A program made the translations under genes and the position numbers. A model generated the notes under the pieces. It saw nothing but the letters and a program-made list of their open reading frames with translations. It had not been told where the DNA came from and made no database searches. A stretch of 64,000 nucleotides of DNA, from NCBI GenBank assembly GCA_023389255.1, contig JAEWER010000028.1:20282-84281 (forward strand), given 5' to 3'. Positions 54,252-64,000 of this stretch are shown here, piece by piece. Each line of letters starts with the position of its first letter. Within the stretch, counting starts at the first letter, position 1. This stretch comes from Bacillota bacterium. Lineage in GTDB: Bacteria; Bacillota; Clostridia; Saccharofermentanales; DTU023.

Positions 54252-56087
54252 ATGTCAGAAACTAAAACGTTAAGTGTTAAAAGAAATCAAGACACTATCC
54301 GCGCAGAGCATAAACTTGTCATGTGGTGGAAGATATGGCAAATTATCGGTGCTCCCACTGGCATGATGGCTTCAGTGATTATGGTGCACTTGTTGAGTGG
54401 TGTTTTGAATTATTACTATATAACGACACAAGCAGATCTATTCAATAAAGTTAGTACGGGTGAAATAGTTAATATCAATGTGTCCTTCTATATATTTTTA
54501 GGTGTAGGATACGTGCTTTTAACTCTGTTATTCAATGTGAGTGAAAATTACATCACGCGCAGAATTTGCCAGCAAAGTGGTTATAATTTGCGCAAAGCAA
54601 TGTTCACGCATGTGCAACAGTTAGATTTTGAATATTTTGATCACAATTCAGTGGGTAATTTGATTGCTCGTACCAACTCCGATATTGACCCGATTATCAT
54701 GTTTATCGCGTATGGACCTAATGAGTTAACCGTGGTGTTATCTATTGTTGTGAGCTCAATTGCAGTCGGTTACCGTTATGACTGGAAGATAGGTTTATTT
54801 ATGAGCCTAGCGGTGGCTATAGGCTTTATCATTACCTACTATTTAAGTTACTTCACCGTACGTGACCAGCGTGAACTTATGCCGATTGGTTCAGAACTAA
54901 ATGCCACATTAGGTGAAGGTATCAACGCTGTCGTTACCAGTAAATCTCTTAACAGACAGGCCTTGAACAAAGCTGAATTTGCGGAGATCTCACAGAGACA
55001 TTTTGCTGTATCCATGCACTTTCATCGCACTTTTTCCAAGATGCTAGCTGCTTTGACTTTTACAGCTGCTCTAATTGCCGGTGGTGTATTGCTTTTGCAG
55101 ATGGGTGGTCTTCGATCTGGAACCATAGCGGTAGGTACGCTGTATGCTACCTTTACGGCATCATTACGCTTGGGAGCACCTTTTGATATTGCGAGTTACT
55201 GGTTGGGCGAATACAGTAGGGCTAGAGCGGGTGTCGAGCGAGTGATTGGTCTGTTGGAACAACCTGTCAAAATTGGTGATTCAGAAGAAGTCTTAGCACG
55301 CTATGGAGCTAGACAAGGTGAGGGTAAAGAGCCGTGGCCGAAAATGCGAGGAGAGATTGAATTTAAACAAGTTAATTTCTCGTATGTTCCAGAAGAGCCT
55401 ATATTGGAGAACTTTAATCTGACAGTTCCTGCAGGATCTACAATTGCCATTGTTGGTAGGACTGGTGCAGGTAAATCGACGTTGGTCAATTTAATATGTC
55501 GTTTTTATCAGTTGAACAGTGGTGAAATAACTATTGATGGCCACAATATCGAACAGATGCCGTTGAACTGGATTTATCACAACTTGGGTTATGTGTTGCA
55601 ATCTCCTTATTTATTTGAGGGTACGATTGCCGAGAATATTCGTTACGGTAGAAATGAGGCAAGTGATGCTGAAGTGGAAGTAGCTGCGCGTTTAGTAGAT
55701 GCACATCAATTCATTACTGAATTGCCGGATGGTTATAATTCACAAGTTGGTGAAGGTGGTAAATTATTGTCCAGCGGTCAAAGACAATTGATCTCTTTTG
55801 CGCGTGCAGTCTTAACCGATCCACGCCTATTTATTTTGGATGAGGCTACTTCTTCAATTGATGCTGAATCTGAAAGAGTTATTCATCATGCTATCCAAAA
55901 CATGATGAAAGATAGAACATCGTTCATCATCGCACACCGACTATCAACGGTAGAAGAAGCAGATAAAATCTTGGTGATGCATAATGGTAAAATCATTGAG
56001 TCGGGTACCCACCAAGAATTGCTAGAACTAGGTGGATACTACTTCAATCTTTATCAAGATCAATTTGTGGCAGGAAGCAGTGAATAG
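54252..56087 (+). CDS. ABC exporter half-transporter (TMD-NBD), consensus-site partner
   Basis: Walker A GRTGAGKST, Walker B FILDEATS with the catalytic Glu, and a deviant signature LSSGQRQ. Confidence 0.9.
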   Translation: MSETKTLSVKRNQDTIRAEHKLVMWWKIWQIIGAPTGMMASVIMVHLLSGVLNYYYITTQADLFNKVSTGEIVNINVSFYIFLGVGYVLLTLLFNVSENYITRRICQQSGYNLRKAMFTHVQQLDFEYFDHNSVGNLIARTNSDIDPIIMFIAYGPNELTVVLSIVVSSIAVGYRYDWKIGLFMSLAVAIGFIITYYLSYFTVRDQRELMPIGSELNATLGEGINAVVTSKSLNRQALNKAEFAEISQRHFAVSMHFHRTFSKMLAALTFTAALIAGGVLLLQMGGLRSGTIAVGTLYATFTASLRLGAPFDIASYWLGEYSRARAGVERVIGLLEQPVKIGDSEEVLARYGARQGEGKEPWPKMRGEIEFKQVNFSYVPEEPILENFNLTVPAGSTIAIVGRTGAGKSTLVNLICRFYQLNSGEITIDGHNIEQMPLNWIYHNLGYVLQSPYLFEGTIAENIRYGRNEASDAEVEVAARLVDAHQFITELPDGYNSQVGEGGKLLSSGQRQLISFARAVLTDPRLFILDEATSSIDAESERVIHHAIQNMMKDRTSFIIAHRLSTVEEADKILVMHNGKIIESGTHQELLELGGYYFNLYQDQFVAGSSE

Positions 56088-56748
56088 TGCACCAATCACA
56101 ACTGAATTATTGCTTTTAGCTTTATTGCAATTAAAGCCTGGTATTACTGCGGAGCAGCTGAAAGAACTAGCTGTTAGCTCTTTGTATACGAACTATTTTG
56201 AAGCATCTGAAGCATTACATCTGTTAAGGCAACAGAAGTTAGTAAATCGTTATTTACCGGAGGAGAATACTTGTAAGGAGTTTGATGCTACAGGTAAGCC
56301 CATTGCTTGTTTGGAATTAACAGAGCAAGGTGAAGCTGTGTTGAATACTCTGAGTGAACAGATACCTTCACCCATACAAAGCTTTTTAAAACGTCTAGTG
56401 CAGAGACAAAATTACCAAGAAGATATTAAAGCCACGTTTGAGCCTGATCTCAAACGTGGTTACCAACTTTATCTACAACAAGCTGGTAATTTTGGCGATA
56501 TTATTCGTTTGCAAATCAATGTGCCCAATGTTGAACTGGCGCAAAAATATGCAAAGGTATGGCCCAAAAGTGTAGAAGAGATTTATGCATCAATTTTGCA
56601 GATTTTGCATAACAATGCTGCCGAACTAGCGTTAAATCAACAACAAATACTTACTGAAGCAGGTGAGTTGAGTGTGAAAGAAAGCATTCCCACATTTGAT
56701 ACCAGCAGACAAGTTGATTTGAATTGGAAGGAAACAGATCATGAATGA
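56080..56748 (+). CDS. Hypothetical winged-helix-like protein (DUF4364-like)
   Basis: The pattern ..ELLLLALL...GIT..QL..L.....Y..YFE....L..L......LT.QGE..L resembles DUF4364/PadR-like proteins (from memory). The GTG at 56080 is the preferred start and overlaps the ABC gene stop; the track ORF starts at 56032. Confidence 0.45.
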   Translation: MNSAPITTELLLLALLQLKPGITAEQLKELAVSSLYTNYFEASEALHLLRQQKLVNRYLPEENTCKEFDATGKPIACLELTEQGEAVLNTLSEQIPSPIQSFLKRLVQRQNYQEDIKATFEPDLKRGYQLYLQQAGNFGDIIRLQINVPNVELAQKYAKVWPKSVEEIYASILQILHNNAAELALNQQQILTEAGELSVKESIPTFDTSRQVDLNWKETDHE

Positions 56749-57802
56749 GTTTGGTAATCAATTAGCGCATACTAAGTTTCTTGGACACACGCTCTATTCC
56801 CTCGCTTTAGCTATAGCGGTTGTCTTGATCAGTATTCTCTTAGCAAAAGTTGTGGCTAATTGTTTGCGTTATTTGTTGCGTAAATTTCGTTTCCATGGTC
56901 AGCCCTATGGAGCAGTTATTGCTAGTCAATGCAAACATCTCTTCCCTTTGATCAGCCCATTAATAGGTGTATATATTGCACTCTTTGGTGTTTTACATAT
57001 CTCCGAGAATAATAAGCGTATATATCTTGTTATTTTGAGTAGTTTTAGCGTGATCCTAGCCACCACTTTTTTATGTCAAGTGGTGCGAGCCGTTCTCAGG
57101 CAATTACATCGTAGGCAGATGCTAGCGGGCTTAAATGAAACAGTTGAGCGCTTTTATGTAGAAGTTATCCAAATATTTCTGTGGATCTTGGCTGTTGCTT
57201 CCATTCTATCTTTTTTAGGTATCAATGTTGCTGGTATTATTACCGGTTTAGGAATTGGTGGTTTGGCTATTTCTCTAGCAGCGAAAGATACGCTATCTAA
57301 TTTGCTTGCTGGTATTGCGATTATGTCTTCACATGCCTTTGAAATAGGAGATACCATTTCTTGCTCAGGTGTAGAGGGCACGGTTGAATACATAGGATTT
57401 CGTATTACCAAAATAAGAGAATATGATCAGATGCTCACTTTAGTGCCCAACGGGATGTTAGCTAATAATCCTGTCAAGAACTTAAGTCAATTGAATAAGC
57501 GAAGAATTCGTTTAGAATTTGCCATAGAGTTCAATCAGAGATTACAGGCTAGCGATTTGAATGAGTTGTGCCAAGAAATTGCTGATCATATAGCGGAAAA
57601 CGATAAATTAGGAGAAGGTAAGGCCGTTGTTTGTCCCAGCGATATCATATCTGGTGGTATTAAACTGTTAGTTAATTATTATCGTACAGATGCCGATTAT
57701 AGTAGAGCAACCAAAGTGAAAGCAGAACTGATTACCAGCATCTGTGATTGCTTACATAAGCGAGAGATTACCTTGCTCAAACAGCAGGTCATCAGCTCAT
57801 AG
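56741..57802 (+). CDS. Mechanosensitive ion channel (MscS family)
   Basis: TM helices followed by LGIGGLAISLAAKDTLSNLLAGI and a beta-domain (IGD.I...G.EGTVE.I..R.T.IR). Confidence 0.85.
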   Translation: MNEFGNQLAHTKFLGHTLYSLALAIAVVLISILLAKVVANCLRYLLRKFRFHGQPYGAVIASQCKHLFPLISPLIGVYIALFGVLHISENNKRIYLVILSSFSVILATTFLCQVVRAVLRQLHRRQMLAGLNETVERFYVEVIQIFLWILAVASILSFLGINVAGIITGLGIGGLAISLAAKDTLSNLLAGIAIMSSHAFEIGDTISCSGVEGTVEYIGFRITKIREYDQMLTLVPNGMLANNPVKNLSQLNKRRIRLEFAIEFNQRLQASDLNELCQEIADHIAENDKLGEGKAVVCPSDIISGGIKLLVNYYRTDADYSRATKVKAELITSICDCLHKREITLLKQQVISS

Positions 57803-57810
57803 GAGGATAG

Positions 57811-58824
57811 ATGAAAGTATTAGTTTCAGGTGGTGCAGGTTATATTGGTAGCCATACCTGTGTCGAGTTAGCAAATGCAGATCATGATTTTTTAATCGTG
57901 GATAACTTTTGTAATAGCAAAGAGCAGGTTATCCAACGCATAAGTAAAATTATTGGTAAACAAGTACGCTATCTTTTCGCTGATGTCTGCGATCAAGAGT
58001 TGATGCATAAAACTTTTGCCGAGTATCAGCCGGACGCGGTAATTCATTTTGCTGGCTACAAGGCTGTCGGTGAATCAGTCCAAAAACCGTTAGCATATTA
58101 TCGCAACAATTTAGATAGTACTTTGACGTTAGCTGAGTTGTGTGTGGAATATGGTGTTAAATCATTGGTCTTTAGCTCCTCAGCTACTGTTTACAATGTG
58201 GGTGATGAAATTGAGCTAAGTGAAACTGCTCCGCTAAGTGCTAATAGCCCATATGGTTGGACTAAGTATATGAGCGAACAAATCTTACGAGATGTAGCAG
58301 TGGCTCATCCAGAATTAAGTATCTTGTTGTTGCGATACTTCAATCCAGTAGGTGCCCATGCAAGTGGTCTCATCGGCGAAGATCCTCAAGGTATTCCTAA
58401 TAATTTGATGCCCTACATTTCCCAAGTGGCAATTGGCAAACTAAAGCAAGTAAATGTTTTTGGCGATGATTACAATACCCCCGATGGTACAGGTGTACGC
58501 GATTACCTGCACGTGGTTGATTTGGCAAAGGGGCATGTAGCAGCCGTGAATTATTGCGCTGAACATAACGGAGCATTAGCTGTTAATCTAGGCACTGGTA
58601 AAGGAACTAGTGTGCTAGAACTTATCAATACATTTAGCCAGGTTAATGGCGTGGAAATCCCATATGAAATAGTAGAGCGCCGACCTGGAGATATAGCTGC
58701 TTGCTATGCTAATCCTAATTTAGCTAAGGAACTTTTAGGGTGGCAGACAGAGCTTGAGTTGGTTGATATGTGTAGAGATACTTGGCGTTGGCAACAAATG
58801 AATCCTCAAGGTTATGGAGAATAA
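57811..58824 (+). CDS. galE: UDP-glucose 4-epimerase
   Basis: GGAGYIGSH Rossmann fold, catalytic S...YGWTK (YxxxK). 337 aa. Confidence 0.93.
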   Translation: MKVLVSGGAGYIGSHTCVELANADHDFLIVDNFCNSKEQVIQRISKIIGKQVRYLFADVCDQELMHKTFAEYQPDAVIHFAGYKAVGESVQKPLAYYRNNLDSTLTLAELCVEYGVKSLVFSSSATVYNVGDEIELSETAPLSANSPYGWTKYMSEQILRDVAVAHPELSILLLRYFNPVGAHASGLIGEDPQGIPNNLMPYISQVAIGKLKQVNVFGDDYNTPDGTGVRDYLHVVDLAKGHVAAVNYCAEHNGALAVNLGTGKGTSVLELINTFSQVNGVEIPYEIVERRPGDIAACYANPNLAKELLGWQTELELVDMCRDTWRWQQMNPQGYGE

Positions 58825-58825
58825 G

Positions 58826-60577
58826 ATGTCTGAAAATAAAGAGAATAATCTTAAGCAGGAAAAGCAGAAACGTGCGGATTTAGCTAATGAAGCCCAAAAA
58901 GCTGCCGATCAAGCGTTAGCGATGATTGCTGAATTTAATGAGCGTAATCAAGTGCGAGCAGAAGACAAGAAAAGATCGGAGACTAAAATTCGCCCAGTTA
59001 AAATTGAAACACCGCGTTTAGTTGCTGAGGATAAGACAGAAGAAGAGGTTATGCCCGTAATTGTTTCGCGTAATGATAACAAGCACAGCAGAAAAAAGAA
59101 GCCCAAAGTTAGACAAGCTAAATTGCACAAAAGTGATAGGAAATCTCAGCTAGAAGACGTTGCAGTATATTCTAAACCGAGTTATCCAGAGAGAGAAGAA
59201 TACGATGAGTATTATTCTGAAGCCACTTTTGTAGAAGAGGCAGTAGCTAAAAAGCGTAATCCCGTAATTTTGTCAGCTATTTTGGTATTAGTGCTGCTGT
59301 GTATAGGTGGTGTGTCTGTCTTTGCTCTTTGGAATAATACATTAGGTAAATTGCAAGCTAACAAAGATCATTTGGATGATGCAAAACGTTTAAGAGAGCG
59401 TTTACCAATACAACAATTGCAACATGCCATTCCTTACGACAAAGAGATAACTAATATTTTGTTGTTAGGCATTGATTCACGAGACATGACCTCACTTCGA
59501 TCACGTTCTGACTCCATGATGATTATGTCAATCAATCAAAAGGAGAAAAAAGTAAAATTACTGTCATTGCAACGTGATATGTTGGTTTATATTCCAGGTA
59601 AAACCGCTCCCGATAAACTCACTCATGCCACAGCCTATGGCGGACCAACACTAACAATGGCGACAATCGAAAACATCTTGCGCATCAAAATAGATAACTA
59701 TGTGGCTATCAACATGCGCAAAATGGAAACTCTGGTGAATACTGTTGGTGGTGTTGAGCTAGATGTAACAGCAGAAATTTTGCCTTATGTGAATAGCATC
59801 ATTGAAAGAACCAACCGAGTTTTTAGTAGTACGCCTGCAGTCGCCCCAATTAGTAAACCAGGCAAACAAGTCCTAAATGGTAGACAAGCCGTGTCATTCG
59901 CGCGTAACCGTGATACTGGTCGGGGTGATTACGACCGCATGGATCGACAACAAGAAGTGATTATGGCGCTGTTCAAAAAAATCAAAAAAGCAGATATTGC
60001 TACTCAGCTTAAATTAGTGAGTGAAGTTTCCGGGATGATTGCCACTGATTTAACTAATAATCAGATATTGGGGTTAACACAAACTGTACTTCCATTACTC
60101 AGCGAAAAAATGGAGCGTATGACTATCCCTATCCCAGGCTATCACCGCGAATATATGGGAGAGATGTGGGTTAATCTCTGTGATTTCAATGGTATGATCC
60201 CCCACGTACAAAAGTATTTGTACAACAAAACTTTTCCCTTTGACCTAGTGCCACAAATTCCAGGAGCACCGAATAGCGAAGCTGATATTGATGACTTTTC
60301 TGATAAAGATGAATGGGTGCCGAATGATCAAGAAATTGATGAAGTGATCAACGATAGTAACTACACCTACGAGCCAGAAGAGGATTATAGCTACGACAAT
60401 TATTATGAGAATAGTGATTCTGTTAACGACGGAGACAATTATAGTCAACCAGCTGAATCCGTAGCTCAAACCGAGCCCGAAAATGAGAGTCAGCCAGCTG
60501 ATACTGAAACTCACCCTGAAGATAACAACCACGATCATTCTGATCCAGTAGTAGAACAACCCAATGGAGAAGAGTAG
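58826..60577 (+). CDS. LytR-CpsA-Psr (LCP) family cell-wall glycopolymer transferase with long charged termini
   Basis: Basic cytoplasmic N-terminus, one TM helix, LCP core (ILLLGIDSR...RSDSMMIMSIN...SLQRD), and an acidic Asp/Glu/Asn/Tyr-rich C-terminal tail. The ATG at 58826 follows a GGAGA RBS. Confidence 0.85.
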   Translation: MSENKENNLKQEKQKRADLANEAQKAADQALAMIAEFNERNQVRAEDKKRSETKIRPVKIETPRLVAEDKTEEEVMPVIVSRNDNKHSRKKKPKVRQAKLHKSDRKSQLEDVAVYSKPSYPEREEYDEYYSEATFVEEAVAKKRNPVILSAILVLVLLCIGGVSVFALWNNTLGKLQANKDHLDDAKRLRERLPIQQLQHAIPYDKEITNILLLGIDSRDMTSLRSRSDSMMIMSINQKEKKVKLLSLQRDMLVYIPGKTAPDKLTHATAYGGPTLTMATIENILRIKIDNYVAINMRKMETLVNTVGGVELDVTAEILPYVNSIIERTNRVFSSTPAVAPISKPGKQVLNGRQAVSFARNRDTGRGDYDRMDRQQEVIMALFKKIKKADIATQLKLVSEVSGMIATDLTNNQILGLTQTVLPLLSEKMERMTIPIPGYHREYMGEMWVNLCDFNGMIPHVQKYLYNKTFPFDLVPQIPGAPNSEADIDDFSDKDEWVPNDQEIDEVINDSNYTYEPEEDYSYDNYYENSDSVNDGDNYSQPAESVAQTEPENESQPADTETHPEDNNHDHSDPVVEQPNGEE

Positions 60578-60586
60578 GAAATAAAT

Positions 60587-61231
60587 ATGATTTTAGATTT
60601 AATACTCATAATCATTTTTGCGGCCATTGCGTACTGGGGCTGGTCACATGGCATTTTGCGGATGTTGTCGCGCATCTTCATTTTTCTAGTGTCGGCGGTA
60701 GCTTCTCTTTTGGTTACGCCCTATTTATCAGGTGCATTAGAAAGAGTTTTGATGCCAAGCGAAGCTAAAATTAATCTGAGCAACCAGCTGGCACAAGCCA
60801 CTACGACAACGAACAACAGTGATCAATTATGGTGGAATTTTGGTCTAAAACAGAATATGGCCAAAAGTTTATTGGATGGAGTAGTTGGCAATAGTTCTCA
60901 GGCTATAGCAGACCGCCTAGCCAGTAGTTTCGTAGGCTTAGTATTGTTTGTGATTTTGATCATCATTTTCCAATTTGCTTTGAGTATGGTGATAAAAGGT
61001 TTAACAGCCGGTATGGATAAATTGCCCATTGTGGGAACAGCGAATCATTTTTGTGGTTTGCTTGCGGGGATAGTTTTGGCATATTTTGTCTGTTTTTTAG
61101 TGGTTTCTGTTTTAGGAGCTATGGCACCCTTTAAGCCAGAAGTTGCTACATTAGTCAAATCATCCATGTTATACGGTTGGATAAGCGATGGTATTTTGCC
61201 ACAAATGATACTGAAGCAATTTAAGTGGTAA
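60587..61231 (+). CDS. cvpA: CvpA-family membrane protein
   Basis: MILDLILIIIFAAIAYWGWSHGILR is a typical CvpA N-terminus. 4-5 TM helices. Confidence 0.65.
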   Translation: MILDLILIIIFAAIAYWGWSHGILRMLSRIFIFLVSAVASLLVTPYLSGALERVLMPSEAKINLSNQLAQATTTTNNSDQLWWNFGLKQNMAKSLLDGVVGNSSQAIADRLASSFVGLVLFVILIIIFQFALSMVIKGLTAGMDKLPIVGTANHFCGLLAGIVLAYFVCFLVVSVLGAMAPFKPEVATLVKSSMLYGWISDGILPQMILKQFKW

Positions 61232-61237
61232 GTTCAG

Positions 61238-61266
61238 TTGACAGTAAGCAAAATCAAACTTATATT
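61238..61266 (+). promoter_or_regulatory. Sigma-A promoter of groES-groEL (TTGACA-N17-TATATT)
   Basis: Consensus -35 at 61238-61243 and -10 at 61261-61266, immediately upstream of CIRCE. Confidence 0.6.
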
Positions 61267-61270
61267 TTAA

Positions 61271-61607
<337 letters not shown>

Positions 61608-61631
61608 ACGATAACGATGTTTATAAATTAG

Positions 61632-63260
<1,629 letters not shown>

Positions 63261-63271
63261 AAGAACAGAGT

Positions 63272-63300
63272 AGCCCAGCATCAAGCTGGGCTTTTTCTTT
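63272..63300 (+). terminator. Rho-independent terminator after groEL
   Basis: AGCCCAGC-atcaa-GCTGGGCT followed by TTTTTCTTT. Confidence 0.85.
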
Positions 63301-63420
63301 CTATGAATAACTGATGCCTCATTTATATAGTAGTCTCGCACCTAGAACTTAAAAGTTGCATGTTATAATAAAAAAAGTTTACCTCGAAAAATTAGTAAAT
63401 ATGCAGTATATGAGGTGCAT

Positions 63421-63726
63421 ATGGAACAACCATTTATCACACAAATTCACCAAGCAGAAGCAGAAGCAAAGCAAATAGTGGTAGAAGCTGAAGCTGAAGC
63501 GCGTGAATTGCTAGATCAATCCCGCAAGCAACAATTGCAAACGTTAGAAGAAGCTAGAAACGAAGCAGATCAATTACGTCTAGAAATTGTGCAAGCTAAA
63601 GAAGCTGAATTGCGCAAAAATTGTGAAGCTACTAGCCAAACCAGTAGTGAAACTGAGCCTGATACTTATCTCAACGCCACCAAAGCAGTAGCAGAAAGGA
63701 TTGTGAGTTACCTTGGCAATCGTTAA
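63421..63726 (+). CDS. Small coiled-coil V/A-type ATPase stalk subunit (NtpF / subunit G/H-like)
   Basis: About 100 aa Glu/Ala/Gln-rich helix (AEAEAKQIVVEAEAEARELL...) directly upstream of a subunit-I gene, as in ntpF-ntpI. ATG at 63421 with GAGGTG RBS. Confidence 0.5.
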   Translation: MEQPFITQIHQAEAEAKQIVVEAEAEARELLDQSRKQQLQTLEEARNEADQLRLEIVQAKEAELRKNCEATSQTSSETEPDTYLNATKAVAERIVSYLGNR

Positions 63727-63727
63727 A

Positions 63728-64000
63728 ATGCAAAAATTAGTTCTGTTGGCGTTAGCGAAAGATAGACCTGATATTCTTGATCTTTTGCAACGGCGAGGAT
63801 GCGTGCAAATTATTGAAAATGCACAAACCGCAGATGGTGACGTTTCTGATGTGCCAACAGATGAACATGCAAATAAGCAACTACAACAAGTTCTCTTAGC
63901 ACAACAAGAACTTGAGAGAGTACTGGATAATCTAAAAAAGAGATTTCCAGAATATAAAGTTGCTAGTGAACAACGCTTAATGCCAGAGAGCCAATTTGTT
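63728..64000 (+). CDS. V/A-type ATPase subunit I (5' part, runs off the window)
   Basis: MQKLVLLALAKDRPDILDLLQRRGCVQI... matches the usual subunit I N-terminus (M.K..LL......D.LL..LQ..G.V.I). The ORF is open to the end of the window. Confidence 0.65.
   Translation, partial: MQKLVLLALAKDRPDILDLLQRRGCVQIIENAQTADGDVSDVPTDEHANKQLQQVLLAQQELERVLDNLKKRFPEYKVASEQRLMPESQFV

Overview
This is a gene-dense chromosomal segment from a low-GC Gram-positive bacterium, most likely Clostridia-like. Supporting evidence: an L27 N-terminal extension with the Prp protease, a CIRCE element upstream of groES, cdaA-glmM linkage, tilS-hpt-ftsH synteny and V-type ATPase genes. Nearly all genes are on the + strand. I found no rRNA, tRNA, CRISPR array or mobile element.

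Housekeeping blocks:
- typA (3' end), mltG, rho, an M16 peptidase and rpsT
- araD, xpt, and ribU behind an FMN riboswitch
- cdaA (fused to a YbbR domain), glmM, an amidase-like gene and pgeF
- rpmE, DUF1385, prmC, prfA, tsaC and a low-molecular-weight phosphatase
- rpsF-ssb-rpsR, rplI-dnaB, tilS-hpt-ftsH
- rplU-prp-rpmA-obg
- a heterodimeric ABC exporter, an MscS channel, galE, an LCP protein and cvpA
- groES-groEL and the start of a V-ATPase operon

Accessory blocks:
- a four-gene envelope O-acylation module (SGNH, DUF4358 lipoprotein, MBOAT, DHHW)
- a MATE pump
- a split-TrkA/TrkH potassium uptake system

The most interesting region is a roughly 15 kb inositol locus at 34.7-50.0 kb. It encodes a CUT2-type ABC importer, IolD, IolG, IolE, a LacI-type regulator and IolB. 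It has no IolC, IolJ or IolA. In their place it carries a LarA-family nickel-pincer racemase homolog, an archaeal-type (type II) GAPDH paralog, an archaeal-type PGK paralog with an altered substrate motif, a split transketolase with a divergent substrate-channel motif, and a malic enzyme.

I propose, by inference only, a transketolase-dependent and ATP-yielding branch of myo-inositol catabolism that proceeds through a carboxylate analog of glyceraldehyde-3-phosphate.
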